This document shows positions 26,741 to 40,865 of a stretch of 64,000 nucleotides of DNA, in pieces. The translations under genes were made by a program, and so were the position numbers. The stretch's first letter is position 1. The number at the start of each line of letters is the position of its first letter. Source of the stretch: Octopus sinensis (Eukaryota); assembly GCF_006345805.1 (NCBI RefSeq), contig NC_043002.1, positions 53,320,001-53,384,000 on the forward strand, in the 5' to 3' direction. The notes under the pieces are model-generated. The model had not been told where the DNA came from. It made no database searches and worked only from the letters and a program-made list of their open reading frames with translations.

Positions 26741-27958
26741 GATGTCTAGAAAACTTTTTATTTTTGCTGTTAGTGGTCAACCTTTGCTCCTTCCGGGACC
26801 GATAAAATAATGTAGCAATAGGCGTTCTGAGATCGATATGATCGACTAACTCGCCCCAACAGCACATTCCTAGTTTTGTATCGATGTTAGAAACGATTAT
26901 ATAATGATATTTATTGTATCAACCCTGGGTGGCTAAAATTCAAATTCAACCTACATGAAACTGAACCCAGTATGTCGAGGTTCGATATTAAATAGAATAC
27001 GCCGTTTACTACGAGACTGACTATACCTACCAACGCATAGCCCTGACAGTTTAATGTAGTGCCTGAATCGCCGGTGGATAACTCCTTAATGATTGCTGCA
27101 AACGGTTTCATTTGGAAAGTTTATGCGATTAGATAGATAATAATTAAGCATCCGGACTAAGAACAGATAAAGAGACCACCTCGAAGTTCGTAATCCTTAC
27201 CTAGACAATTATTCTGTCATCACAGTAGATATTTAGACGTTAAGTAATAGCTTTAAAACAACATCAGCAGATTCCGCTTTGTTGATTGTTTGTCGTTATT
27301 ATAACTGTATCAAAGTTTCCGTATATCTTTTTTTTTTGTTTTATTCCTCAAACATTTGTTGTGCCTCAAATTACTCTTCAGTTCCGGGAATAACTAAATG
27401 GTATTATTTCATTTGGTGCGCCCTACTCTCCCTCTCTCTCTTTCTCTTTCACGCCTTTCTCTCCCTCTCTTTCTCTCCCTCATACACACTCACGTATTAT
27501 ATATATATATACGACAATGGGCTTAGCTGATTCAAACTTCGAAGTCACTGTCAATACCATTTTTCTTAAAGAATAATAAAATTTGTGCTCTTCAAAAGTA
27601 GGGTGTAATTCTTCACATTAATGCAAAATTGATTTTATTATAGTAAAGTCTATTTACCAACATGATGTGGTTGTCCTGGAAGGGACGATTGTTACTGCTG
27701 TTTAGCCGTAGGAAATATCGTTTCCCGCTGGCTATACGACACGGTATCTGTGTCGTTATAATTTCGAACAGGGAGTCCAGCCCATACTCCCATCCAGCAC
27801 AATGCAACATCTGTGGGCCGATTTCTGGGTTATTGCCCTTTATCAGCACAGAGTAGCTGCTTGGCTATTTATTAGATCAGTGTCTGTGTCACTTTGAAAA
27901 CTATATATTTTCGAAAAGAATTCAGCAACGTCACCTAGCCAATGACCTACATTCAAAT

Positions 27959-27998
<40 letters not shown>

Positions 27999-28679
27999 AC
28001 ACATACACACACTCGCTCTCTCTCTCATGCACACACAAACGTACGCACACATAAGCATGTGTACACACACACAAATGCGCGCGCACACAAACTCACACAT
28101 ACACACACACATACACACACACACACACACGCACACACTCACATATCACAAGTACTCAGAACCCCAAATGCGTATGTATAGGCAAACATTATTAGCAGCG
28201 TATTTACGTAGCAGTTTGTATATTTGAACTTTCATAGCCATACATACTGACCTAAACACACACATGTATACAAACAAGCACACACACACACAGACACACA
28301 TACATGGATATGTATACATATACATACAAGTGAAATATTTAACGGATACATACTCATTTTGATGTATGCATTATATAAACACACTAAATAAGTCTTTGCT
28401 AATTAATTCATTTGTATCGTTTGCACGGATTTCTCGTACACGTACTTTGTAAGGAGCAATTATTGTCTAGATCTATGCCCTCATACGTTTACTTTTATTC
28501 GTAATGATATACAGAACAACAATAACAACGACAAGAACAACAGCAACACGAATTATAATAATGACTTCTGTCATTGACCTCTTTGGAATAAGATATAAAG
28601 ACGGACGGAAATCTGCGTTACGTACTACATATAACCTCTCATAACCTTTTTACTTCTCAATGACAATATTCCTTTCTGA

Positions 28680-28950
28680 TATAGGCCCAAAATCTGGAAT
28701 TTGTTGGGGAGGAGGATAGACGATCACATTGATCCCAGTGTTACACTGGTACTTAATTTATCCATAAGGGCAGCAATTTTGGGGGAGGGGATGAGTCGAT
28801 TACATTGACACCAGTGTTACACTGGTACTTATTTTATCACCCTGAAGGGATGAAAGATAAAGTCGACCCCGGCGGAATTTGAACTCAGAACGCAGAGACG
28901 GGCGAAATACCGCTAAGCTTTTCGTCCGGCGCGCTATATATTCTAGCAGG
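28680..28950 (-). mobile_element. SINE, third family, with internal short duplication
   Basis: Core GATGAAAGATAAAGTCGACCCCGGCGGAATTTGAACTC. CCAGTGTTACACTGGTACTTA occurs twice. Confidence 0.75.
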
Positions 28951-28957
28951 TCGTCCC

Positions 28958-28958
28958 C

Positions 28959-29046
<88 letters not shown>

Positions 29047-29047
29047 A

Positions 29048-29094
<47 letters not shown>

Positions 29095-29124
29095 AATGAT
29101 AATAATAATAACAACAACAACAAC

Positions 29125-29178
<54 letters not shown>
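28958..29178. repeat. Compound trinucleotide tract (AAT)n-(GAT)n-(AAC)n-(AAT)n
   Basis: Direct reading. Confidence 0.95.
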
Positions 29179-29180
<2 letters not shown>

Positions 29181-29189
29181 AGCATAAGA

Positions 29190-29760
29190 AAACAACATAG
29201 CATGGTGTGTAAAAAATGCCACAGAACCGCTATTATTAGAAGTAAGAAGGTTAAGCTTGTGTAGGCTGAAAGATTGCAAAGATAAAGCACTGTACAAACA
29301 ATTGAAAATGAATGAAACTGAAAATAGGTGAGTAAAGAAAAGAATGCATGGACAATTCCATAGGGATGTTGAAGACAAGACAAACAGAGAAAAAAGATGG
29401 ATGTGGATGACTAAAAGTGATTTAAAACGGAAACGGAGGCTCTAATCTGTGCTGCCTAAGAGCAAGCACAAAGAACAAACTACAATAAATATAGAATTGA
29501 CAATACATCAGAAAGTGAGAAGTGCAGAATCTGTGGACAAAACGGTGAAACCGTATGGCATATTACCAGCTAATGTACGCCACTAACCCAGAAGGAATAT
29601 AAGAGACGCCACGACAATATAGCAAGGATTATCTATTGGAAACTTTGCAACTTAACAGAGCAAAAAATTGGTACGACCACAAACCTGAAGGTATCATCGA
29701 AAATGATAATGCAAAGATCCTGTGGGATTTTATGATTCAGTGCTACCATGAGATAGAGAA
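29190..29760 (+). mobile_element. R4/Dong-like LINE fragment (CCHC zinc knuckle into RLE domain), decayed
   Basis: MHGQFHRD..., CRICGQNGETVWHITS*C...YKRRHDNIARIIYWKLC and KILWDFMIQ. Confidence 0.85.
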
Positions 29761-29809
29761 TAGTTCGGCTTTAGTTCCTTCGTATTTAAGCGTACAGGCT
29801 CTGACAATG

Positions 29810-30280
29810 CACCCTTCGTGTTTCGCCTCAAAGAAATGGTCAAGGGCCATTCTCACGCCGGTCGCAATGCCTTTAGTAATAGCCTTTTCTAGTTTGCTAA
29901 CTAGTTCTCCCTCTAATCTATTTCTTTCTATTGTTAAATCTTTGCTAAACGCTATCGATTCAGCTCTAATTGTTCTCTTCAGAGCGATCCACCAACTGCC
30001 GCTTAACTAGTTCGCTAATCAAGTCCCTGAAGTATTTGCGAGTCGGTAAGGATGTATTCAACTTCCAGTAACCAGATCCCTGTCTACGGGCCCTATCTAA
30101 ATCGACTAATGACAGCCACATCCAAATCATTTGTGGTGTTAGTAATGTTGGCAGCAGCGGGACTTTATATTTTCTTGTTTCTGACATAGTACCCTTCGTG
30201 TTTCGCCTCAAAGAAATTGTCAAGGGCCATCCTCACGTCGGTCGCGATGCCTTTACTAATAGCCTTTTCTGGTTTGCAAA
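29810..30280 (-). mobile_element. L1/Tx1 ORF2 fragments (endonuclease-RT linker)
   Basis: GSGYWKLNTSL motif and the following helical linker. An about 90-bp segment is repeated at about 29810 and about 30190. Confidence 0.75.
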
Positions 30281-30310
30281 CTGCTGCTGCTGCTGCTACT
30301 ACTACTACTT

Positions 30311-30406
<96 letters not shown>

Positions 30407-30439
30407 ATACTACTACTACTAATAATAATAATAATAATC

Positions 30440-30800
30440 TTTCTATTAAAGGACCTATGCCAGAAATTGTAGGAGAAGGGACTAGTCGATTTCATCGACC
30501 CCAGTACGTAATTGGTACTTAATTTATCGACCCCGAAAGATGAAAGACAAAGTCGACTTCGGTGGAATTTGAACTCTAAACGTAGCAGCAGATGAAACGC
30601 CGCTAAGCATTTTGCCCGGCATGCTAACAATTCTGCCAGTTAATAATAATAATCTGCTATAGGCACAAGGTTCGAAAATTTGGTAGAGGGTGCTATTCGA
30701 CAATATCGACCCCAGAGCTTGTTTGATACTAACATTATCGATACCAAACAGGTAAAAAAGCAAAGTCGATCTCAGTGAAATTTGAACTCAGAACGTAAAA
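30440..30800 (-). mobile_element. Two adjacent SINEs of the third family
   Basis: Two AAAGTCGA..GAA.TTTGAACTC cores. Confidence 0.7.
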
Positions 30801-30832
30801 CAATTGTGCCAGTTGGTTGCCTTGACGAAGAA

Positions 30833-30883
<51 letters not shown>

Positions 30884-30888
30884 GATAA

Positions 30889-30920
<32 letters not shown>

Positions 30921-31988
30921 TACTACTACTACTAATAATAATAATAATAATAATAATATATAACGGTGTCAGTAATAATGAAACTAAAAATTGATTGACA
31001 AATTGATAAAAATTGAAAAGACACAATCATACTGAGATTAAAGGATAACATTTTGCCAATAGAATTAAGTACTCTGATGATGTTTAAAACATTTAGACGG
31101 CTGACGAAGGGAAAAATGAGATATATAGAAACGCGTAAGTTGAATGAGGAAATTATTATTTCCGTATGCAGTGATTCAAAATCACGCTTATTGTTTCTAA
31201 TAACCATATTTAGAATTGATTTCAAAAGCAGACAGTTTCCTTGTTTCTTGATTTCTTGATTCAGAAAATAAACCTAGTGAAATATGAGATATGTTTTCTT
31301 CACTGTGATCGTTTGAATATTCTTCTGGAATATTTCTTTCTTTTTTTTTTCTGTTTTTTTTTTGTTTATTGGTAAATTATATTTTTAGGTTCTTTATGTG
31401 GAAAACAAAAGTACTTCAATCCCATTTTCAATATATAGTTTTAATTAAATGCTTGTTTATTCAAGTATTTATTCTCATATTTGTAATTATGTATATTTTT
31501 GTAAACATTTGTTCCTGCTGATATTTTTTCCTTTCTTTTCCTTTCTTTTTCACCCCATCGCCTCTCGTTCTGATTCGTTTCTCGTTTTTCTCTTTCGTTG
31601 TTTTCGATTAAATATCGTCTGCAGAAAGAAAAAAATAAAATAAAAATAATAAAAAAAAAAGAACCAAAAATAAAAGGCAACAATTTTTATTATTGATTTT
31701 TCTTTCTTTCTGTAATAAATTGAAATGCATCGTTCGCAATGACACTGATTTTAAATAAGGCTTCGCGAGGATAAGTGCATTAAAAGTAATGCTGTGATGC
31801 ATACATTAATGATATTAAGTTATATTACTGTTACTTGCACTTCGAGAGCTTTTCAATGAGCTGAAGACTGAATCTTCATACAGTAGGAAATCTGCGTCGT
31901 GAGTGGTATTCAGTCTGTTTGTTGAAAGAACTCATACGGAGCACCAATGCGACCCATCTACGTATGTATATATATATATATATTATAT

Positions 31989-32051
<63 letters not shown>

Positions 32052-32202
32052 TAATTATATATATAATATATATGTATATATATATATATATATGTACATA
32101 TGTATATATTATATATATATATTATATATATATCTTATTATATAATATATATATATTATATATGTATATATATATATATATATATGTACAATGTATAATA
32201 TG

Positions 32203-32233
<31 letters not shown>

Positions 32234-32492
32234 GTATATATGATATATATATGTATATATGTATAATATATATATATATATTATATATATATATATGTAC
32301 ATGGTATATATATATGTATATAATGTATATATATATATATGTGTATAATATGTATATATATATCAATATATATTAGTTAAAAAACCACCCCAAAACAAAA
32401 ACAAAAACAAGAAAAAACAACGCAAGAACGAGGTACATGCAAAGTATTAGCAGATGTTAATGTGAGCGTATACACACACACACACTCACACA

Positions 32493-32526
<34 letters not shown>

Positions 32527-32569
32527 TACACATACAAACATATATATTCAAATATATTTATATAGGTGC

Positions 32570-32725
32570 AGGCTTGGTTGTGTGGTAAGAAACTTACTCA
32601 CAAACTACATAGTTCGGGTTTCAATCCCAATGCGTGGGACATTCAGCATGTGTCTTTTGCTATAACCGCAGGCTGACAAAAGCCTTGTGAGTCGATTTTG
32701 GAGATGGAAACTGAAAGAAGCTCGT

Positions 32726-32770
<45 letters not shown>

Positions 32771-32880
32771 AAGTGTCTTTAGGCCTGTTTTTGTCCCCCT
32801 TACCACCATTTCACAACCGGTACTTGTGTGCTTATGTCTCCATATTTTAGCGGTTCGGCAAAAGTAACTGATGGATTAAG
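32570..32880 (+). mobile_element. OR-like SINE
   Basis: Family head, centre and partial tail. Confidence 0.75.
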
Positions 32881-33430
32881 TGCTTTTTGCGGTACAACGA
32901 GACCATCCCGTTTCTCCTTTCCTCCGCTGTTTCTGTGCTTGTCTGCTGACTAGTTCACTCATGCTCTCTTGGGCTCCTGGATCATCTTAATTTGTTACCT
33001 TTCGTTATATCTTTCCATCTGTCTTTCGTTCTGTCATTCTATCTCTCGAATTTTCTTTTGAGGACCTACTGGACATCTTTTTCAATTAACATTATTTCTG
33101 CATATGTTTAGTTTTAATACTGTCTCATAACCAAAAGGCTTCTATATGTATCTATATACTTATACATACAATTAGTAGTGTGCTTTCTTGTTATGTCTTG
33201 TCCTTGTTTTGTCATCGTTTATCATTTGCTTTTGTTTTCGTCATCGTCCTTTAGTGTCTGCTGTTGACACCAATGAAATGCTTAATCCCATCGATAATGG
33301 TGGGAAATTTTGAGGACATGTGGTCGAAAACTGATGAGAGGGTGAGCAGGTCCACATCTTGTGTCTGTTTTTTTTATGTGTCGTCTTTATGAGCACATTT
33401 TTATTCTTACACACGCACGCACACACACAC

Positions 33431-33483
<53 letters not shown>

Positions 33484-34087
33484 CTCACACACACATACAT
33501 ACACATGCAAACATACATACATAGATGAATTGTTATTAATTCAAACAAGTAGAAGAAATGGAGTTACAAATGAATGGAGGATATATATTAGAATTAGATT
33601 TTAATTGTATTTTAAAATATATGAATAGATTTGACCAGTTTCACATTAGGTCTTCAAAAGTAAATAGTGTATGGAGTTGTGTCGTGAATTATGTCTATTC
33701 TATCCATTGTTATAAAAATAATTTGTTTTTAAAATTTACATACAGATAGATTGGTTAACATTCATGTATTACATATATCTGACAGCCGCGCGAGAAGAAA
33801 ACAAAAAAGTTTTTCTCCATTGAATATGTCATTGGACAGTTAGAAAAGAGGGATATGAATAAGTGATATAATAATTAGTTACACAAACGTTTTATAGATA
33901 ATTAATTTATTAGCCTGATAATAAACTAATTTAAAACTGTAAAGTTTAACTAAGATAACGAAGTGTGGAATAAATAAGGTAAATGATAGCTGCTACATGA
34001 ATTTTGGTTTTCTGAAGAACGAGCCAGAGTAGATTTTCTACAATAATTAATTCATAAGAAGAGGTGAATCGTGTATTAATGATGGTT

Positions 34088-34740
34088 TTATAGCCTGTTC
34101 AGCAGTGGCTTGTATCTCTCTATATATAAACGGCAGTTTGTCTGTGTGTGTTTCTGTGTGTCTGTTAGGTTGTACCCTCACCCTGACCACGGCTTTCAAC
34201 CGATTCTGATGAAACTTGACACACACATAGCCCAATGTCATAATTCAAACTAACGCAGCAAAATTTTGAAAAGTTCCCCAGTTCTGAAAAAAATCGATAA
34301 TTCGACATGGGGTCGAGAATCAGAAACACAAACCACAGACTGTCTAGGGGACGCAACCCGACCTTTTTAACTAAAAAAAAAATTTTACCATCATTTTTTT
34401 CCATTTTTTGGCTATAACTCTCTAAAAATGCTTTATAGTTATTTCCCTTACAAACCCGAGCAACGCCGGGCGATACTGCTAGTTTTTTAATAAATGAAGT
34501 TTCCTTATTAATTCTTGTTTCGTCAGGAGTATTGCCTGAACATTGGTAGAATGGGAAAACAAGAAATTTGGGCGATTTGGCTTTCGCGCAGATGTCTTGA
34601 TGTTCACTAAATGGAATTTGTTTTGTTTTGGGCTCCTGTGTTTGTTGACGATGAATATTTAATATCATTCTTGAAGTGAGTTTAGTTTGTCCAATGAAGT
34701 CTTCCCTGTATCCATTGCATTTAATAGCACAAATCAATTT
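34088..34740 (-). mobile_element. Penelope GIY-YIG endonuclease fragment split by a Helitron
   Basis: ICAIKCNGYREDFIGQT...IHRQQ...IPFSEH. Removing 34115-34482 restores ETSFIKK|YKPLLNRL*. Confidence 0.8.
34115..34482 (+). mobile_element. Non-autonomous Helitron
   Basis: 5' TC, 3' CTAG preceded by the hairpin CCCGAGCAACGCCGGG. Inserted between A and T with no TSD. Confidence 0.85.
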
Positions 34741-35489
34741 TTTTTTGAAGAATAAGTAAAATGGGTTTTTTTAAAGTAAAACCTCCTGATTTACATTTAT
34801 AATTTGTGCCCCCAATACAATTGTTGCAAGTTCCTCAACTGAATTATCCACTTCTTAACCTGGTAAGTACTTTTTTGTTAACCGCCGGTAAGTACTTATT
34901 TTTAGTAACTTTGGCTGACTTTTGCATTTGATTATTTTTGTTCTGTCCTTCTATCTCTCGAATTTTCTTTTGAAGACCTACTGTACATCCTTTTATTATC
35001 TATCTGTTCTGATGGATAATTCTATTATCATCCATCTGTTCTGATGGATAATGCGGAAGGGTTCTCTATTTCTTCAAATACACATATGTACCTATATATA
35101 CAAAGAGTTGTTTTTTTTTATCTGGACTGGAGACCATTGTTTGGATTATTTTCGAGAGGTTAAGCAGAATATCGGATTTGGTATGTTTTGGGTGGTATGA
35201 AGAACATAGTGGGTACCGTTTAGTCACTTGGTTTGTACTAGATGTCGGTTTGTATGTTTGTGACACACTCTGAATCAACTGCTAGAACTCAAATACTTCT
35301 GCAAACGAGTATGGACATTGTTTGAATATGTGCGCGAGCGTGCGTGCTTGTGTGTGTGTGTGTCTGTGTGTGCACGCGCATGCATGAACAGTTACATAAG
35401 CATATACCCACCATCGTATCGTATATGCTTTATACATACGACATATATATATATATAATATATATATAATATATATATGTATATATATG

Positions 35490-35740
35490 GGTCAGTGGTT
35501 AGGGTGTTAACTAGCTATTGCGAGATCATGGGTTCGATTCCCATGCGTTGTGTTCTTGAGGAAAGCACTTTATTTGATGTTGCTCTACGATCATGTTAGC
35601 ATCTGACATGTGGCACACGGTGCACCTAAACAGGTGATGTCGATTTGATGGAAGGAATGAGCTTATGTGTACACAAACATTTGATCACTAAAAACAAATC
35701 ATCTGTGCGGTTGTTCGGTAAGAAATTGCCGAACACTCAT
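35490..35740 (+). mobile_element. tRNA-derived SINE, second family, decayed
   Basis: GGGTTCGATTCC B-box and GTTGTGTTCTTGAGGAAAGCACTTTATTT core. Confidence 0.65.
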
Positions 35741-35969
35741 ACGTCGTTCAACAACATAAGAGTCCCTCATATGAATACATATATACATACATATATATAT
35801 ATGTATGTATATGTATGTATGTACATTACGTATTTCACTCGTTTTTGTTCAGTTACTGTCCACGTCTTGTATCTATCTCTCATGTGTATGTTACTTGCAC
35901 CGTTGGTGACGTCCTGTACCCGTATATGCATGTATATATATATATATATATACATATATTCGACATGCC

Positions 35970-36011
<42 letters not shown>

Positions 36012-37099
36012 TGTGAACGTGTATTTATATCTGTGTTTGCCTGAGTACCAGGCTTAATATAAAGTAAGGAATTGGGTCGAATCGTTCTATATAAATTCTT
36101 CCAGGTGTTGTATCTCTATGGATGTAGTCTAATGACTGAGACAAATAAAAGATTAAAGATACACATACATGCACAAATATATAAATATATACACACATAC
36201 ACGAATATACATATATACATATATATTACCCCAAACCACGCTTATACCTAAACAGAAACTTGGCTCCGGGTTCAGTCCTACTGCCTGGTACCTTGGGCAA
36301 GTGTTTTCCATTAGAGCCTCGGCCCGACCAAAGTCTTGTGACTGGAACAAAAACGCAATAGAGGACAGTAAAATATTCGGACACATATACGACAAAAAGG
36401 CGAACAGGAGAAACAACAATTAGATGGACAGGCAAAAAAAAATGACGGGTCATTCGTGGTTTCTTTCCTCAGTCAAGTACCAGAAGTAATTACTATTTCG
36501 GGCAGTTACACTTGAGACAGTTCGATCTGGTTGCTCTCCAAAAAGTCTAAGCTAAGAACATTAGACCTTTTTGTAAGAAAGCTAGCGATTGTGTACAGCA
36601 ACAAAGACAAATACCGGAACACATGGTACACAATTACAAATACAAGCAACAAGAAAATAAATCTGGGTATCTTTCAACTGAGAACGAATCAAATTGAGCT
36701 GGCGTGTATGAAATGAAAGCCTAAAGGCAGGAACATAGCAGATGAACATAAGAGGTGTTAGCGGTCGGCAGTCAGGCCAAAAAAGGAAGATCATGGCTGG
36801 CCGGACACCTGTCATGTGGAAGGAGGAGAGAGGGGTAGGGGCAGTGGGATTGAAGGATTGGAAAATAATCAGAGACAAAGGGAAAGGTACAGGGGAGATA
36901 AACGAGGGGAAAATAGTGGGAATTAAAGAAGGGGAGGGCCAAGAAATGTGAGATAGAGGGAGAGGGGGAGCGAGAAAAAGAAAAAGGAAGAAAGTATGAG
37001 GGGACTAAAAGATAGAGTAAGAGTCGTCTAAAATCTAGATACATACCTATTATAAGGTGAGCACAAGTGTGTACGTAGGCCGCTATATGCATATATCAA

Positions 37100-37500
37100 T
37101 ATTAAAAATGGAACAAAAACGCACAAAGTTGAGTTGGTTTGGCCACATGGAGAGGATGGATGAGGAGCGGATGGTAAGGAGGGTGATGAAGGCAGAAGTG
37201 GTAGGCAGCAGAACCAGAAGCAGACCTCGGTTTGTGTGGATGGATGGAGTGAGGACAGCTTTGGTTAGAAGTGTTGAAGTGAGAGAAGCAAGAGTGTTTA
37301 TAAATTATACGAAAGCTTGGTGAGTGTTTGTGGATGTATGAGTGAATTGATGTTGCTCAAAGGGGTACGGAATCAGCATGATGCGGCGGAGATAACCTGC
37401 GCATATGCTGTCGGGCCCCGCTGTTGATATCGTGGGTTGCTTGCTATGCCTTGATCCGAGCACAGGACGGGGCTTGCTTCTTTGGGCTAGGAAATAAATT
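37100..37500 (+). mobile_element. RTE-clade LINE 3' fragment
   Basis: KLSWFGHMERMDEERMVRRVMKAEVVGSRTRSRPRFVWMDGV. Confidence 0.8.
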
Positions 37501-37612
37501 GAATATCTGGTGTGTGATTTTTTGTGTTACTCCCTCCTATGGGGAACAAGCCTTGGTAAATAAATAAATAAATAAATAAATATATATACATGCCTACATG
37601 TACGTGTACATA

Positions 37613-37678
<66 letters not shown>

Positions 37679-37857
37679 CATGCATACATATATTTGTATA
37701 CATACATAAGCATGTATGTATATTTATACACAGACACACTCACAGTCTTTTTAAACTGAATTGTTCTTTATCACTGTCCTTCACCCAAATTGAGACTACC
37801 TACTTACCTACCTACCTTCCTACCTACCTACCCCTACCTACCTACCTACCTACCTAC

Positions 37858-37937
<80 letters not shown>

Positions 37938-38304
37938 TTCGATATACACACTCACGTATATATCATTCATAATTTTTTTAATGCAAAATTAGCTTCTTCC
38001 TTTATTACATCTAAGACTTTGAGATTTTCTTCGATTCAGTATTTGTTTTCCTAGTTATGAGTTCTGAGCGCCTCTTAACAGCCTGTAATGCCTTTACCTG
38101 TCTTAGTTTCAAAACCTTTTTCGTCTCTATGATGACAATAGGAATTTATGACAGATCTAATAAATATTAATGTTGCTCTAAACTGCCAGGTTGTAATTGA
38201 AAACCATTATATATTGCTTTTGGTGTATCTAAATCTGACTATCTCACCCATAAAGACCGTTGAGAATAAAGTGTATGTACTCTGTATGCCTATATAATAA
38301 ATGT

Positions 38305-38620
38305 GAGGGCGCGTGGCTTAGTGGTTAGGGTATTCGGCTCATGATCGTAAGGTTGTGAGTTCGATTCCCGGCGACGCGTTGTGTCCTTGAGCAAGACACT
38401 TTATTTCACGTTGCTCCAGTCCACTCAGCTGGCAAAAATGAGTTGTACTTGTATTTTAAAGGGTCAGCCTTGTCACTCTCTGTGTCACGCTGATTATCCC
38501 CGAGAACTACGTTAAGGGTACACGTGTCTGTGGAATGCTCAGCCATTTGCACGTTAATTTCACGAGCAAGCTGTTCCGTTGATCGTATCAGCTGGGACCC
38601 TCGTCGTCGTAACCGGCGGA
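38305..38620 (+). mobile_element. tRNA-derived SINE, second family, near full length
   Basis: GGCGCGTGGCTTAGTGGTTAGG A-box, GAGTTCGATTCC B-box and GTGTCCTTGAGCAAGACAC core. Confidence 0.85.
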
Positions 38621-39033
38621 GTAGAAAGAATATAATAAATACATAAGAGTGTATCGCTAGGAAGGTAATGATAAGTTGATAAGCTATTTGGGCTTTAATT
38701 GCAATATGCAGTTTTGTTTTCCACAAATGTTCTATCGAATCAGTTTCACTTTTACATTATTTACACACACACACACACACACACAAACGCACGCACACAC
38801 ACACACACACATACATATGTGTATGTATTTCTCTCTCTATATATATGTGTGTGTGTATATCTGTGTATGTGCGTATATGAGTAGGCGGTGAAAAGTTCCT
38901 GGCTTCAAAGGTATTGCGAAAGGCCTGATTAGAGGCCCAATATTCTTTTACAGTGTCTAGAAGTGCTGAAGGACAGGTGCTTTAAGTGTGTGAATCTGAG
39001 AGGGGAATATGTTTAATACACGCATACACGCAT

Positions 39034-39111
<78 letters not shown>

Positions 39112-39132
39112 ATATATATATATATATATATG

Positions 39133-39164
<32 letters not shown>

Positions 39165-39169
39165 TATAT

Positions 39170-39202
<33 letters not shown>

Positions 39203-39629
39203 GTATATACGTATATATTATATATATATATAGATATATATATATAAATATGTATGTATGTATGTATATATGTATATATATATATATGTATGTATGTGTG
39301 TATGCATGTATTTATATATATATATGTATGTATTATGCAGATAGGATTAAAATCGAAGCTGTGTTCTGTTGAAGCACATCTAATTATTCCAGTATTTCAA
39401 ATCCGCATGCAAACGTTATAATTGTGTGAGATATGCATAAAAGTTGAAGATTCTGGAAAATATTCTTTGCAGAACATGAGATTGGTAAAAAATGGTATTA
39501 GTCATTCATCATTACATATGTTTCATTTTGCTCTCATTCAAAGAAATTGACGTATGTATATAAAACCACCTTCAAATGTGGTTCGCATTAAGTTCTCTAT
39601 TGAAGAAGCTCATCACACACACACACACA

Positions 39630-39675
<46 letters not shown>

Positions 39676-40297
39676 ACTCCCGCGTGCATTCTCTGTCTCT
39701 CTCTTTCTGTCTGTCCGTAATAAAAAAAAATAAAGAAATCCTTTCTGTCTGTCTGTCTATCTCACACACACGCATACACACTCACATACACACAAAAGGA
39801 GTTAATTAAATTTGAAAATTCATCTCGGAACTGAAGTTTTATGTTGCTGCAATCTTCAGGTGAGAACGATTTTGCCTGAAGACGCTGTAGCGCAAGTTTC
39901 GAATCACGAGTCAAATTATCAGTTTAAATAAACTATGTACTCCACAGCATACATTGAGTATTTCCTTCTTTATTTTCTTAGTATACATCATTTTATGCAT
40001 TTATGTATGCATGTACGCATGTATGTACGCATGTATGCATCTACAGGCATACACACACATGCAGATACACACACATACACACACATATATGTATTTACAT
40101 GAACACGTTTATATATACACGCACACATATATGCTTGTACGTTGGCAACGTATCAAGCTTTGAACTTTGAGACGGGGTGATGCAGCCGACATAGATAGAA
40201 GTGTTATAAAATAACAAACATAAAAAAAAACTATAACAACTCATTATCACTCGCTTGTACCGCAATTATTTTCTTTTATGCGAAGAAGTGACGAAGT

Positions 40298-40299
40298 CA

Positions 40300-40348
<49 letters not shown>

Positions 40349-40865
40349 CGACAGTAACGACAACGGCGACAGCGGCGACAACAACGACGTCATCGATCGC
40401 AACGATGGCGGCGGCAGTGACGTCGGTGACAGCAGCAGCAGCAACGACAGCCACGACGACGATGACGACGGTGACGACGACGACGACTATGACGATGACG
40501 ATGACGACGATGACGACGACGTTAACATTAACGACGACGCAACTGCTGCTAGTGCTTTTGCTGCTGCTGCTTCTGCTTCTGCTTCTGCTTCTGCTGCTGT
40601 TGTTGTTAAGCAACAAAACGGGTAAGGGTTGTTTCACTGCGTCCGTTCTGTGGGTTGCTGCTACTGCTGCTTCTACTCCTGGTGCTGTTGCTGTGGACGA
40701 TGGTGATACTGATGATCGCCATCATCATCTTCCTCCTCCTCCTCTTCCTCCTCCTCCTCCTCCTCCTCCTCCTCATCATCATCATCATCATCATTATCAT
40801 CTTTATAATGATGCCGACGGCGGCGACGACGACGACGACGACGACGATGATGATGATGATGATGA
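40298..40865. repeat. Mosaic trinucleotide low-complexity tract (GAT/GAC/GCT/CCT/CAT)
   Basis: Direct reading. Confidence 0.9.

Noticed and set aside
26911-27111. GDSG...LVGIVS resembling a trypsin active-site region
   Set aside because: It lacks GDSGGP, the upstream Cys and the His/Asp segments, so it is probably chance.
31070-31135. CTGATGA / CTGACGA ... GAAACGCGTA hammerhead-like words
   Set aside because: No stem II adjoins GAAA, and stem I is at most 3 bp.
38305-38380. tRNA-like A/B boxes as a tRNA gene
   Set aside because: There is no complete cloverleaf, and the sequence continues into a SINE body, as do all similar heads.
39875-39915. CTGAAGA-CGC-TGTA-GCG hairpin
   Set aside because: It is followed by CAAG, not GAAA, so the core is broken.
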